52,143 nt of DNA from a virus, in IMG/VR virus record IMGVR_UViG_3300042908_001490, positions 1 to 52,143 of that record; one strand, 5' to 3'. Below are positions 8,605-16,544 of the stretch, piece after piece. A program made the position numbers and the translations under genes. Below the pieces are notes generated by a model. That model made no database searches, was not told the DNA's origin, and saw only the letters and a program-made list of their open reading frames with translations. The first letter of the stretch is position 1. Every line of letters starts with the position of its first letter.

Positions 8605-9216
8605 ATGATTTTAAACGATGCAGAAATAACCGAGTTGGCTGTTAATGGAATGATTACTCCATTTCAGATTCAATTAATTAGAGAAGTTGGTATTTGCGGT
8701 CATGCAGAAATGCCCAGGCAGATTAGAAAAGTTATCAGCTATGGCTTGTCATCTTATGGATATGATATTAGATTAAGTTCTAAAGAATTTAAAGTATTCA
8801 AGCATATTCCCGGTACAATTGTTAATCCCAAAAACTTTAATCCCGATAATTTAGAATCTGTAAAATTACAGCATGACTCATGGGGCGACTATTTCATTAT
8901 TCCTGCACATTCCTATGGACTGGGTGTAGCGATCGAAAGATTAGAAATGCCATCAGATTTAACAGCAATTTGTATAGGAAAATCAAGCTACGCACGTGCG
9001 GGGATAATCGCAAATCTTACACCAATAGAAAGTCAGTGGCGTGGAAATTTAACTATCGAGATATCTAATTCATCAAGTGCAGATTGTCGGGTTTATGCTA
9101 ATGAAGGTATCTGTCAATTGTTGTTTTTAAGAGGTAAGCCCTGCGAAGTTTCCTATGAAGATAGACAGGGTAAATACCAAGATCAACCCGAAGAAATTGT
9201 ACTAGCAAAAGTATAA
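8605..9216 (+). CDS. dcd: dCTP deaminase
   Basis: SSYGYDIRL and GKSSYARAGIIANLTPIESQWRGNLTIEISN are typical Dcd/dUTPase-fold motifs. Confidence 0.9.
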   Translation: MILNDAEITELAVNGMITPFQIQLIREVGICGHAEMPRQIRKVISYGLSSYGYDIRLSSKEFKVFKHIPGTIVNPKNFNPDNLESVKLQHDSWGDYFIIPAHSYGLGVAIERLEMPSDLTAICIGKSSYARAGIIANLTPIESQWRGNLTIEISNSSSADCRVYANEGICQLLFLRGKPCEVSYEDRQGKYQDQPEEIVLAKV

Positions 9217-9592
9217 TTTTTCCTCATTCAAATCATGGGAGTCGTCAGCTAATTCCCAGCGAATTTCTTTTTCTAACAGCCTAATCCAGTTGGCTTGCTC
9301 TATTTGCGATCGCCAACTGGATTTCTTAGTTTGAGTGCGTGGAAAGCTACGGATGCGATCGCTTTTTGAGAAGTATTTCGGATAAATGCACTCGATGGGA
9401 TTCTGTCACCACATAGGTCAACATCCCAAAAGTGCTGAGGAATAGTGTGAGTTCCAACAACAATAAAGATACCAAAATAGTTAAGTTTCTTTTTGTTTTG
9501 ACTTCTGTACCCATATTCCACCGAAACCAATGTGCGGTTTTATTTTCTTCTTTTGCGGATTTTGAGCCAATTTTTGAGGATAAATTTTTCAA
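9202..9592 (-). pseudogene. possible frameshifted membrane-protein gene
   Basis: The 81-aa ORF 9347-9592 contains a TM helix. A second coding-looking frame lacks a start codon and runs to the TAG at 9202-9204 (QNPIECIYPKYF...EQANWIRLLEKEIRWELADDSHDLNEEKLYFC). Confidence 0.3.
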
Positions 9593-9650
9593 TTTTCTTT
9601 ACCAAATTTTTAACTTAGGATACCACTAATAAATTATTATAAATGCTAAA

Positions 9651-9887
9651 TTATTTTTTATTCTTGCTTCCTAAAATTCCCAATACATTAAGCCCCAATA
9701 AATAACTAACTAGAGATATTTCAGCGATCGCTAGAGCTTCGGGAATTTCCTCTATTTTAAAAGATTTTATCTGAGGAAGTTGATCTTTGGAAAAATCAAT
9801 CTCTACGCGGATAGACTGAATTACCATTAACCAAGTAATTATCAGCGCGAAAATATACCGATAGATTCTGCCAATCTGATTTTCCAT
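9651..9887 (-). CDS. small membrane protein
   Basis: 78 aa with two hydrophobic helices. It is the last gene of the leftward operon. Confidence 0.5.
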   Translation of the reverse strand: MENQIGRIYRYIFALIITWLMVIQSIRVEIDFSKDQLPQIKSFKIEEIPEALAIAEISLVSYLLGLNVLGILGSKNKK

Positions 9888-9972
9888 AATTAATAAAGAG
9901 CGATCGCCTGTGATCGCGATCGCCTAAAGCTAGGGTGCATCTATCATAAATAGATGCCCTGATTATAGCAAG

Positions 9973-10881
9973 TTATTGGTTCAGGTGTGTCAATAAAAAC
10001 TTCATGATTTTCCAGCTTGCACCGTTTCCAACTACTTCCATTGCTAATGTTTTACGCTCTGGTAGCCAAATTTTATCTGCCGTTTCTTTATCCCCAAAAA
10101 ATCTTAGGCAAGCGCAAGGCGTAACCGACTTAACTATGTTGTCAATCAGAACGTTTGCTTGATTCCAGTGGTTGTCAGCTTTACGTCCAAATGCCCGGAT
10201 TGTGAATGATGGTTCAGATGGTTGATAGGCTCGATTATTTGCTTTATTTGCCCCTATTCGACGTATCAAACAATTGTTGGTTATACCCTTGCACTTCTGC
10301 TGATATTTGGAAAGAAATATCTCTGGAAGTGTAGGAATTAAATCAGCGATCGCCTCATACCATCCCAATAGTCCAACTTGAGGTAATTGGATATCGCTAA
10401 TCTCTTGATTCCTGGCTGCTAACAGATACATTCTTTTCCGAGATTGGGCAATACCAAAATCCTGTAGATTTAATATTTGGGTAGTGGTACAATATCCTTG
10501 GGTGGTTAATTCCTCCTCAATCTGAGTAAAGCTCTCAAAATTCTTGTAACCTGCCACATTCTCTAGTAGGAAGAATTTTGGGAGTTTTGCTTTAATAATC
10601 CCAACTATGGATTTCGCCACAATTAAATCATCTTCTGTTTCACCTGCTTTTGAATTAGCAATACTGGCATTTCTACAACTGGGCGTTGCGATAACACAAT
10701 CTACATCCTCTAATTCATTGGGGTCAACATTCTGGACATAATCACAAATAATTTTGCTGTGGGGATGATTTTTAGCATAGACATCAGCTATTTGGCGATC
10801 GCACTCAATACCCCAAACATTAGTTCCTAAACCATGTAAAGCCATGCCCATACCAGAACAAATTGAACCAATTCTAATCAT
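9973..10881 (-). CDS. DNA (cytosine-5) methyltransferase
   Basis: Motif I is ICSGMGM, motif IV-like is TPSCRNAS, motif VI is LLENV and motif X is VGNGAS. Confidence 0.9.
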   Translation of the reverse strand: MIRIGSICSGMGMALHGLGTNVWGIECDRQIADVYAKNHPHSKIICDYVQNVDPNELEDVDCVIATPSCRNASIANSKAGETEDDLIVAKSIVGIIKAKLPKFFLLENVAGYKNFESFTQIEEELTTQGYCTTTQILNLQDFGIAQSRKRMYLLAARNQEISDIQLPQVGLLGWYEAIADLIPTLPEIFLSKYQQKCKGITNNCLIRRIGANKANNRAYQPSEPSFTIRAFGRKADNHWNQANVLIDNIVKSVTPCACLRFFGDKETADKIWLPERKTLAMEVVGNGASWKIMKFLLTHLNQ

Positions 10882-11299
10882 TGAATTTAACTCCTAATTT
10901 TTCAATCATTTCATCTGACAAATATCTAAACCCTTGGGGTGGTAAAATTCCTGCTTCACGCATCATTGAAAGTGGAATTGGAGTGATTCTTTTGGGGTTT
11001 CTGATTCTAATCCCGTAACCCATGCGATCGCCTAAATAATCCCAAATTTCACGGGAATTTAAGCACAAGCTTGATTGGTAATTGTTGCAAAAAGTTTGAG
11101 CATCTTTGCAGAGAATTTCAACGGATTCACAATAGCCAACTATCTCTGCTGTTGGAGTAGTTTCATAAATTAAGATGCGATCAAAGGCTGGTTGGCAATT
11201 TTCTTCTCGGACACCTCGCTTTCTTAACTCAATTGTTTTCTTCCCTGAGAAAATGTTTTGGCTGTGACGCGGATGTAAGCTGATTAGCAATGTTTCCAT
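10874..11299 (-). CDS. ASCH (PUA-like) domain protein
   Basis: LISLHPRHSQNIFSGKKTIELRKR...ILIYE is an ASCH-like N-terminus. The gene overlaps the C5-MTase start by 8 nt. Confidence 0.7.
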   Translation of the reverse strand: METLLISLHPRHSQNIFSGKKTIELRKRGVREENCQPAFDRILIYETTPTAEIVGYCESVEILCKDAQTFCNNYQSSLCLNSREIWDYLGDRMGYGIRIRNPKRITPIPLSMMREAGILPPQGFRYLSDEMIEKLGVKFND

Positions 11300-11300
11300 T

Positions 11301-11909
11301 TTATCCTTCTTGATTTGGTAGTAATTGGTTATTTGCGATCGCTACTTTCAAAGCTTCCTCGACTTGTTCAAATTCACCACCAAAAGCGAAAAAATCTGAG
11401 GATATTAGACAATAGCGATCGCCTGTAATTTGCAAAATAATCTGGCTCAACGATGATTCTGTGATTTGGTGGTGAATGTGTTTATATTGCTCAAATAGTT
11501 CAAGCATGATTTTCTCCTGTTTAAAAAGTGGAAGTTGGATGGAATTAATTTCTCTGCTATGCTCTTTTTCCAGCGTGTCTACTGCATCTTTAAAAGATAA
11601 ATAAGTTAGTTCAGCCCATCCAGTTGAAGGGATGCTATTTTTATCCATCAAATCGCAGTAGTCGTCAAAAAGCGCGATCGCATCAAAAAGTGAAGTAGCC
11701 GCATCAAAAGCAAGTCTGTTCAGTTTTTCGTTAACACGCTTTTTAGTAGCAGTGTTTGCATCGTTCCACCAGATGCTGTTCCAGACTTTTTCGTAAGCGT
11801 CCGCATAGTCCACGAACAGGGTTAAATGCAATTTCATGGATGCCAATAATTCATGATTATTAGGGATTCTCTCAAGTAAAGTGTGAATCACGCATTTGGA
11901 GATTAACAT
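11301..11909 (-). CDS. hypothetical protein
   Basis: 202-aa helical ORF. It abuts the ASCH gene and the N6-MTase gene at both ends. Confidence 0.6.
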   Translation of the reverse strand: MLISKCVIHTLLERIPNNHELLASMKLHLTLFVDYADAYEKVWNSIWWNDANTATKKRVNEKLNRLAFDAATSLFDAIALFDDYCDLMDKNSIPSTGWAELTYLSFKDAVDTLEKEHSREINSIQLPLFKQEKIMLELFEQYKHIHHQITESSLSQIILQITGDRYCLISSDFFAFGGEFEQVEEALKVAIANNQLLPNQEG

Positions 11910-12661
11910 TAGTACAAAAATGTTGTTGATGGGTTTTCTTTGCCCAAACGAATGTCAAAAACAGCATCGTAGCATTGCCGTCCTGACATCAATTCTGGGA
12001 TATCTGTTTGGATGGCTTCTGTTACTTTTTCCCCGTTTACTATTTTGGCAACTTTACGAGTCTTGAACACAGGATTACCGTCTTTATCAACTTTTTGAGT
12101 TTTACTGCAAGGAACTCCATTAATTAGATAGTCAACACGCTTGGGGATGCGGTAAACATGATGGATATGTGCATCTAGTTGATTCCAAACTTTTGCTCTT
12201 GACTGGGCGCAGTTCCAATCCAATGGCATCAAGAATAATAATCTTGCTGTGGGATTATCGGGATTGAGTAATTTGAGTGAGTGCGCGATCGCCTCCATGC
12301 ACAAACTAAATGGTGGGTTGGTGATAATTAAATCGTAGCGAGTAAAATTCACAAGTTTGAAAAAATCACCATTAAAGTTAAAAGAATGATTCCTTAATTG
12401 ACGAAGTTGCAGTATGCGGCAATATTTTATTTCTGCAACAGTAATTATGCGATCGCTGGGCAGATATTTAACAATTTGTCCACTTCCTGCAAAGGGTTCA
12501 AGGATGTTTTTGTCTGTTGGTAATACTAAACTTGCGATCGCCTTAGCTTCTTTGTCAGGAGTCTCGTAATCGTCGTTAGTAAACTCTTCAACTGACTGAG
12601 ATAATGATAGTTGATTCATGCTATTTTGTCCAGTAGTTGTCTTCATTCTTCTTCCCTCCAT
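11909..12661 (-). CDS. N6-adenine (or N4-C) DNA methyltransferase
   Basis: Motif I is ILEPFAGSGQI and motif IV is DLIITNPPFS. Confidence 0.85.
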   Translation of the reverse strand: MEGRRMKTTTGQNSMNQLSLSQSVEEFTNDDYETPDKEAKAIASLVLPTDKNILEPFAGSGQIVKYLPSDRIITVAEIKYCRILQLRQLRNHSFNFNGDFFKLVNFTRYDLIITNPPFSLCMEAIAHSLKLLNPDNPTARLLFLMPLDWNCAQSRAKVWNQLDAHIHHVYRIPKRVDYLINGVPCSKTQKVDKDGNPVFKTRKVAKIVNGEKVTEAIQTDIPELMSGRQCYDAVFDIRLGKENPSTTFLY

Positions 12662-13017
12662 TCTTCGAGCGCTGGATAATTAGTTGCATTTTTATTAAGT
12701 GCAGTAAACAGGCTTCTTGTGATATGCCTTTCTACTTCCAATAACTGAAACTTTTTCTTGGATAATGCTTTTTGACATTCTGCGAATTTGACAATTGAAT
12801 TAGTGGAAGCCGCAGCTAAATAGCATAGTTTAAGTATTTCTTGCTGAAGCCATTCTTTCTGTTCAATCATCATCCTTAGACTTGGATTCTCGTTCACAGG
12901 TTCGACTCCTTTTCGATTGGATGCCCAATTGATGAATCTTGTGAATAGCATTTGGATAAGTGAATGCGATCGCTTTCCAATGCTTTTAAATTGTCTAAAG
13001 TCTGGTTTATATACCAT
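12643..13017 (-). CDS. hypothetical protein
   Basis: 124-aa ORF overlapping its neighbours on both sides. The start is uncertain. Confidence 0.45.
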   Translation of the reverse strand: MVYKPDFRQFKSIGKRSHSLIQMLFTRFINWASNRKGVEPVNENPSLRMMIEQKEWLQQEILKLCYLAAASTNSIVKFAECQKALSKKKFQLLEVERHITRSLFTALNKNATNYPALEEWREEE

Positions 13018-13157
13018 AATCTTTGTCGAACCTCTCTCAATTGTTGGTGGTAGTAATCGCCGTAAATCTTGATGTCCCTAGTAGCTAATTCGTGGGAATA
13101 TTTTTTCTGAAGCTGTTCTAGGTAAATTTTGAGTGTTTCGAGTTTGGTAATGTCCAT
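12894..13157 (-). CDS. hypothetical coiled-coil protein
   Basis: MDITKLETLKIYLEQLQKKY... read from the internal ATG at 13157. It overlaps 12643-13017 in another frame, so one of the two calls may be wrong. Confidence 0.4.
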   Translation of the reverse strand: MDITKLETLKIYLEQLQKKYSHELATRDIKIYGDYYHQQLREVRQRLWYINQTLDNLKALESDRIHLSKCYSQDSSIGHPIEKESNL

Positions 13158-13360
13158 AAAAACGAAAGTCCACATTCAGGGAAAATAACAACATGAAAAG
13201 TTTCGGGAATATCTAGCTCTTCTAAAGTGAAATTAGATAATGATTGGGAATCAAAAGCGATCGCATCTTCCCGGACAACTGCATGATTGTCATAACCTGC
13301 ATTGACATTTTTGAGTTGATAGGAAGTTAGGGTGAATGAGCGATCGCTTATTTTCTTCAT
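13118..13360 (-). CDS. hypothetical protein
   Basis: 80-aa ORF whose start shares one base with the dnaB stop. Confidence 0.45.
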   Translation of the reverse strand: MKKISDRSFTLTSYQLKNVNAGYDNHAVVREDAIAFDSQSLSNFTLEELDIPETFHVVIFPECGLSFLWTLPNSKHSKFT

Positions 13361-14769
13361 TAGTATTGGGGTTTGACTAAGTTTTTGAACTCTGCGAATT
13401 GAGAATTGAAAAGTAATTTAATTACTCCCGTTCCGGTATCTCTGCCTTTGGCAATATTTAATTCCGCAATGCCTTTGTCTGGAGTATCTTCGTTGTAATA
13501 CTCATCTCTGTACAACAAAAATACAAAATCTGCGTCCTGCTCCAAAGCCCCCGACGCTCTCAAATCACTCATCATCGGTCTTCTGTTTGTCCGCGCATCA
13601 ACACCTCTATTTAATTGAGCTAATCCAAATACCGGACACCCAAAGCCATCCTCTTTAGAAGATATTTCTTTGAGAAACCTCGATGCTTTTGTTATCTTTG
13701 CGTATTCATCATTAGCCCCTTCCTCTGTTCCTGCTAAGATGTGAATATGATCTATAAATATCGCGCCTGGATTACTACCCGTTGTAGCGATGAAACGGCG
13801 GATACTTGCGGCAACATCAAGAACATCCATCTTCTTTTTGTCGCAAATATACAAGTTTGACTGTTCTTTCTCGTATTGAGCCATAGCCAAAGAAACTTTC
13901 ACCCAATCATCTTCTCTCATCATCTTTGGTTGTTTCAAGACAGTCCCTTCAATTCGACTTTCCTGCGCTATCAATCTCCTACATAACTGCTCCGCGTTCA
14001 TTTCTAGGGAAAAGTAGTAAATATCTTTTGGCTGTTCGCGTGACATATTCGCGGCTGCTTTTAAAGCAAATCCCGTTTTACCCGAACCTGGCCTACCACC
14101 AACAACTATGAACTCATCTTCATTAAAGCCACCTGTTTTGTCGTCAATATCATAAAATCCTGATTTAATTGGTTGAATTTCCCCTGCCAGCTTCTTCTCC
14201 ATTTCTGAATACGTTTCCTGCATATATTCAGAAACGTGAACCAACTTTGGGCGATCGTCTACGAGTGTTTGGGATAAGTTAAACACTGATTTTTGGGCTT
14301 CATCTAAAACCACTGAAAGTTTTATCTCTGTGGCATAAGCTAATTTGATGTTCTGCTGGGAAACACGAATTAACTCTCGACGCAAGTATTTCTCCATAAC
14401 CAGCCCCGCTAAAGCATCAATATTCACTGCGGAAACTGTGCAGTCAACAAGTGCGGCTAATTTACTTCTACCACCGACTAGAGTTAAGTAATTTTTCCCA
14501 GTAACTTTATCAATCTTGTCCGTCAGCCACAATGTTACAAAACGTAAGTCAGTTGGCTTTTGCTCTCTATAGAGTTCAAGCATGGCCTCATATATTTTTC
14601 TGTGATGCTCAAGATAAAAGATTTCTGGAGAGATGCGATCGCATATTCGGGTGATAGCTTCAGGGTCTAGTAGTATCCCCCCTAAGATTGCTTCCTCAGC
14701 CTCAATATTTTGGGGTGGCAAGCGGTCAGGACTGTTGCTTGCGAAGTCTAGTTCATTTTCGGTAAACAT
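13360..14769 (-). CDS. dnaB: replicative DNA helicase DnaB
   Basis: PPQNIEAEEAILGGILLDPEAI is a typical DnaB N-terminus. Walker A is GGRPGSGKTGFALK. Further matches are LEMNAEQL and GLAQLNRGVDARTNRRPMMSDLR. Confidence 0.95.
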   Translation of the reverse strand: MFTENELDFASNSPDRLPPQNIEAEEAILGGILLDPEAITRICDRISPEIFYLEHHRKIYEAMLELYREQKPTDLRFVTLWLTDKIDKVTGKNYLTLVGGRSKLAALVDCTVSAVNIDALAGLVMEKYLRRELIRVSQQNIKLAYATEIKLSVVLDEAQKSVFNLSQTLVDDRPKLVHVSEYMQETYSEMEKKLAGEIQPIKSGFYDIDDKTGGFNEDEFIVVGGRPGSGKTGFALKAAANMSREQPKDIYYFSLEMNAEQLCRRLIAQESRIEGTVLKQPKMMREDDWVKVSLAMAQYEKEQSNLYICDKKKMDVLDVAASIRRFIATTGSNPGAIFIDHIHILAGTEEGANDEYAKITKASRFLKEISSKEDGFGCPVFGLAQLNRGVDARTNRRPMMSDLRASGALEQDADFVFLLYRDEYYNEDTPDKGIAELNIAKGRDTGTGVIKLLFNSQFAEFKNLVKPQY

Positions 14770-14810
14770 GGCACTTTATCCTGGATTTTAAAAGGGGTTG
14801 TTGAAGCGAG

Positions 14811-16151
14811 TTATTTTGACCAGTCCCAAGAGGGGAATTTTTCTTTTGCAAATTCGTACCAAGGCTTGTTGTCCTTGTCTTTGGCGAAAAAGACTTCTAG
14901 ACTCCTAGCAGCACGAAACTTTTCATGCAGGATTTCGTGGTATGAGTCATGCCACCCCTTGATATGCCTGGGAGTTTCCGCCAATTCCTCTGCTGATTCC
15001 GTAGAAACTTGGTCTACAGGGCGATCGCAGTAAGTCATTAAGTTTGTCCATCCACCTTTTGTTTGCTCCCACAGATTGATAGTTGCGATCGCCCAGTCAT
15101 ATTTTTGAGTCGGCGTAGCTTTGTCTTTTGCTGCCAGTTGAGTTGCGAGTTTTTTGACAACTTCTGGGTTAAACGTTCCAAACTCTTTTGTTTTGGTGAG
15201 CGATCGCCATGGCCATCTCCATTGACTCCATTTGTATTTTTCGTTGTAGACAGCCAACAGTTCCGACGGTGGCTTTGCATCTGCCAAGTCAGGACTATCT
15301 AAGCATAAATCTACTAATTCCCACACATTTGCAGCTTGGGCGTAAATGCTTTGAAGCGGGCGGGCGGAACACCCGTCTCCATGAGGAGTTATCTGTTTTA
15401 CCGAAGATTCTGTTTTTGTAATCAACGAAGCAGTTGATTCTGAACTACTCCTCTCTTCCTCTTTAATTGAATTTAATTCAATTAAGTGCGCTTGCTCTTT
15501 TGTTAAAACAGACTGTTTATTAAGACTGTTAGAAGAATATAGATCATCCTGTAAATTCAACGACTCGTGCGTTTTTTTTACTAGCTCGTGCGTTCTTTTT
15601 ACAGGTTCCAACGTTTTTTCTACTGACTCGTGCGTTCTTTTTACCGCCTCGGAATTTTCAATGCTTTGAGAGTTCCACCACTGATCTAGGGATGATTGAA
15701 TTAACTCAGTATTGAACTTATATTCCTTGGTTCTGTCAAAGTCATGCTTTGATTTTCGAGAATCAATAAACTCCCATACAATAAGCTTCTTGAGCGATCG
15801 CCTAATGGAAGAATCGCCATAAGCGTCAAGCATACCTTCACTTATGTCTGTTATTGTCTCGTACAGCCATAAATCGGGCGGTTGCATTAAGGGTATATTC
15901 CCTCTTCTGCTTTGCTCGTTATAGCTTTCTATCCGCTTAATTTCTTCTAGTCTGCAAATAGTCCAGAACTCAAAAAGACTGAGTATCTGGGATGCACAAT
16001 CATCACCCTGGCAAATTGCCTGATAATCTTCGTGGCGATAAATGTATTTCCCATAATGCCTTATAAGATGTTTTGCCATTACACACCTCCAAAGATGTGC
16101 AACAATTCGCCCGATCGCTTGACGGGCATAGAAATATTCGATATCATCCAA
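14811..16151 (-). CDS. replication initiator-like winged-helix protein (lambda O / DnaD-like position)
   Basis: It lies directly upstream of dnaB. It has a wHTH-like segment (SSIRRSLKKLIVWEFIDSRK) and carries four 21-bp tandem repeats internally. It shares the motif QITPHxDxxSAxP with ORF 36807-37922. Confidence 0.6.
   Translation of the reverse strand: MDDIEYFYARQAIGRIVAHLWRCVMAKHLIRHYGKYIYRHEDYQAICQGDDCASQILSLFEFWTICRLEEIKRIESYNEQSRRGNIPLMQPPDLWLYETITDISEGMLDAYGDSSIRRSLKKLIVWEFIDSRKSKHDFDRTKEYKFNTELIQSSLDQWWNSQSIENSEAVKRTHESVEKTLEPVKRTHELVKKTHESLNLQDDLYSSNSLNKQSVLTKEQAHLIELNSIKEEERSSSESTASLITKTESSVKQITPHGDGCSARPLQSIYAQAANVWELVDLCLDSPDLADAKPPSELLAVYNEKYKWSQWRWPWRSLTKTKEFGTFNPEVVKKLATQLAAKDKATPTQKYDWAIATINLWEQTKGGWTNLMTYCDRPVDQVSTESAEELAETPRHIKGWHDSYHEILHEKFRAARSLEVFFAKDKDNKPWYEFAKEKFPSWDWSK
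15562..15645. repeat. 4 x 21-bp tandem iteron-like repeats inside the initiator gene
   Basis: The units start at 15562, 15583, 15604 and 15625. Three read (g/a)(a/g)ctcgtgcgtt(t/c)tttttac and the third is degenerate. They encode VKRTHES-type heptads. Confidence 0.8.
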
Positions 16152-16226
16152 ATAACTCCTATGGCTTTGAGATGGATTAGGGGTCGCCCCTCGACTACTT
16201 GCAATAGTGCGGGGGAAATATTGAAA

Positions 16227-16421
16227 CTACTCTGCCAATAATGACTGAGCGTGTTTGAGAAGTTCATCAGCGATCGCGGGATTACTGTCAAGACAGTGAG
16301 CGATCGCCATAAGTGAGGTTTGCAGTTTAACAGGAACTCTACAAACTGTAGTTTTTCCTGATTTCCATTTGAATTTAAACTGTGATTCCAATGGAACAGG
16401 GATTGGTTTTGGGTTTGACAT
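16227..16421 (-). CDS. small RHH-like DNA-binding protein
   Basis: KTTVCRVPVKLQTSLMAIAHCLD shows a strand-helix pattern. It is the first gene behind the promoter at 16448-16477. Confidence 0.5.
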   Translation of the reverse strand: MSNPKPIPVPLESQFKFKWKSGKTTVCRVPVKLQTSLMAIAHCLDSNPAIADELLKHAQSLLAE

Positions 16422-16447
16422 ATCCCTCTCTGTGTTCTATGTGAATC

Positions 16448-16477
16448 ATGATACTCTAATCGCGTGTAACAAGTCAA
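16448..16477 (-). promoter_or_regulatory. sigma70-type promoter
   Basis: The minus strand reads TTGACT-N18-TATCAT. A second TTGACT lies 12 nt upstream, at 16484-16489. Confidence 0.5.
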
Positions 16478-16544
16478 TAGGGAAGTCAAAAATCTTTTCA
16501 TACTAAGTGCAAAGTGGTGTAGTGGATATGAAAAAAGCGCAAAC

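Noticed and set aside
16079-16501. 140-aa minus-strand ORF
   Set aside because: It overlaps the initiator start, the 64-aa RHH-like ORF and the TTGACT-N18-TATCAT promoter. It has a Cys/His/Trp-poor random-looking composition.
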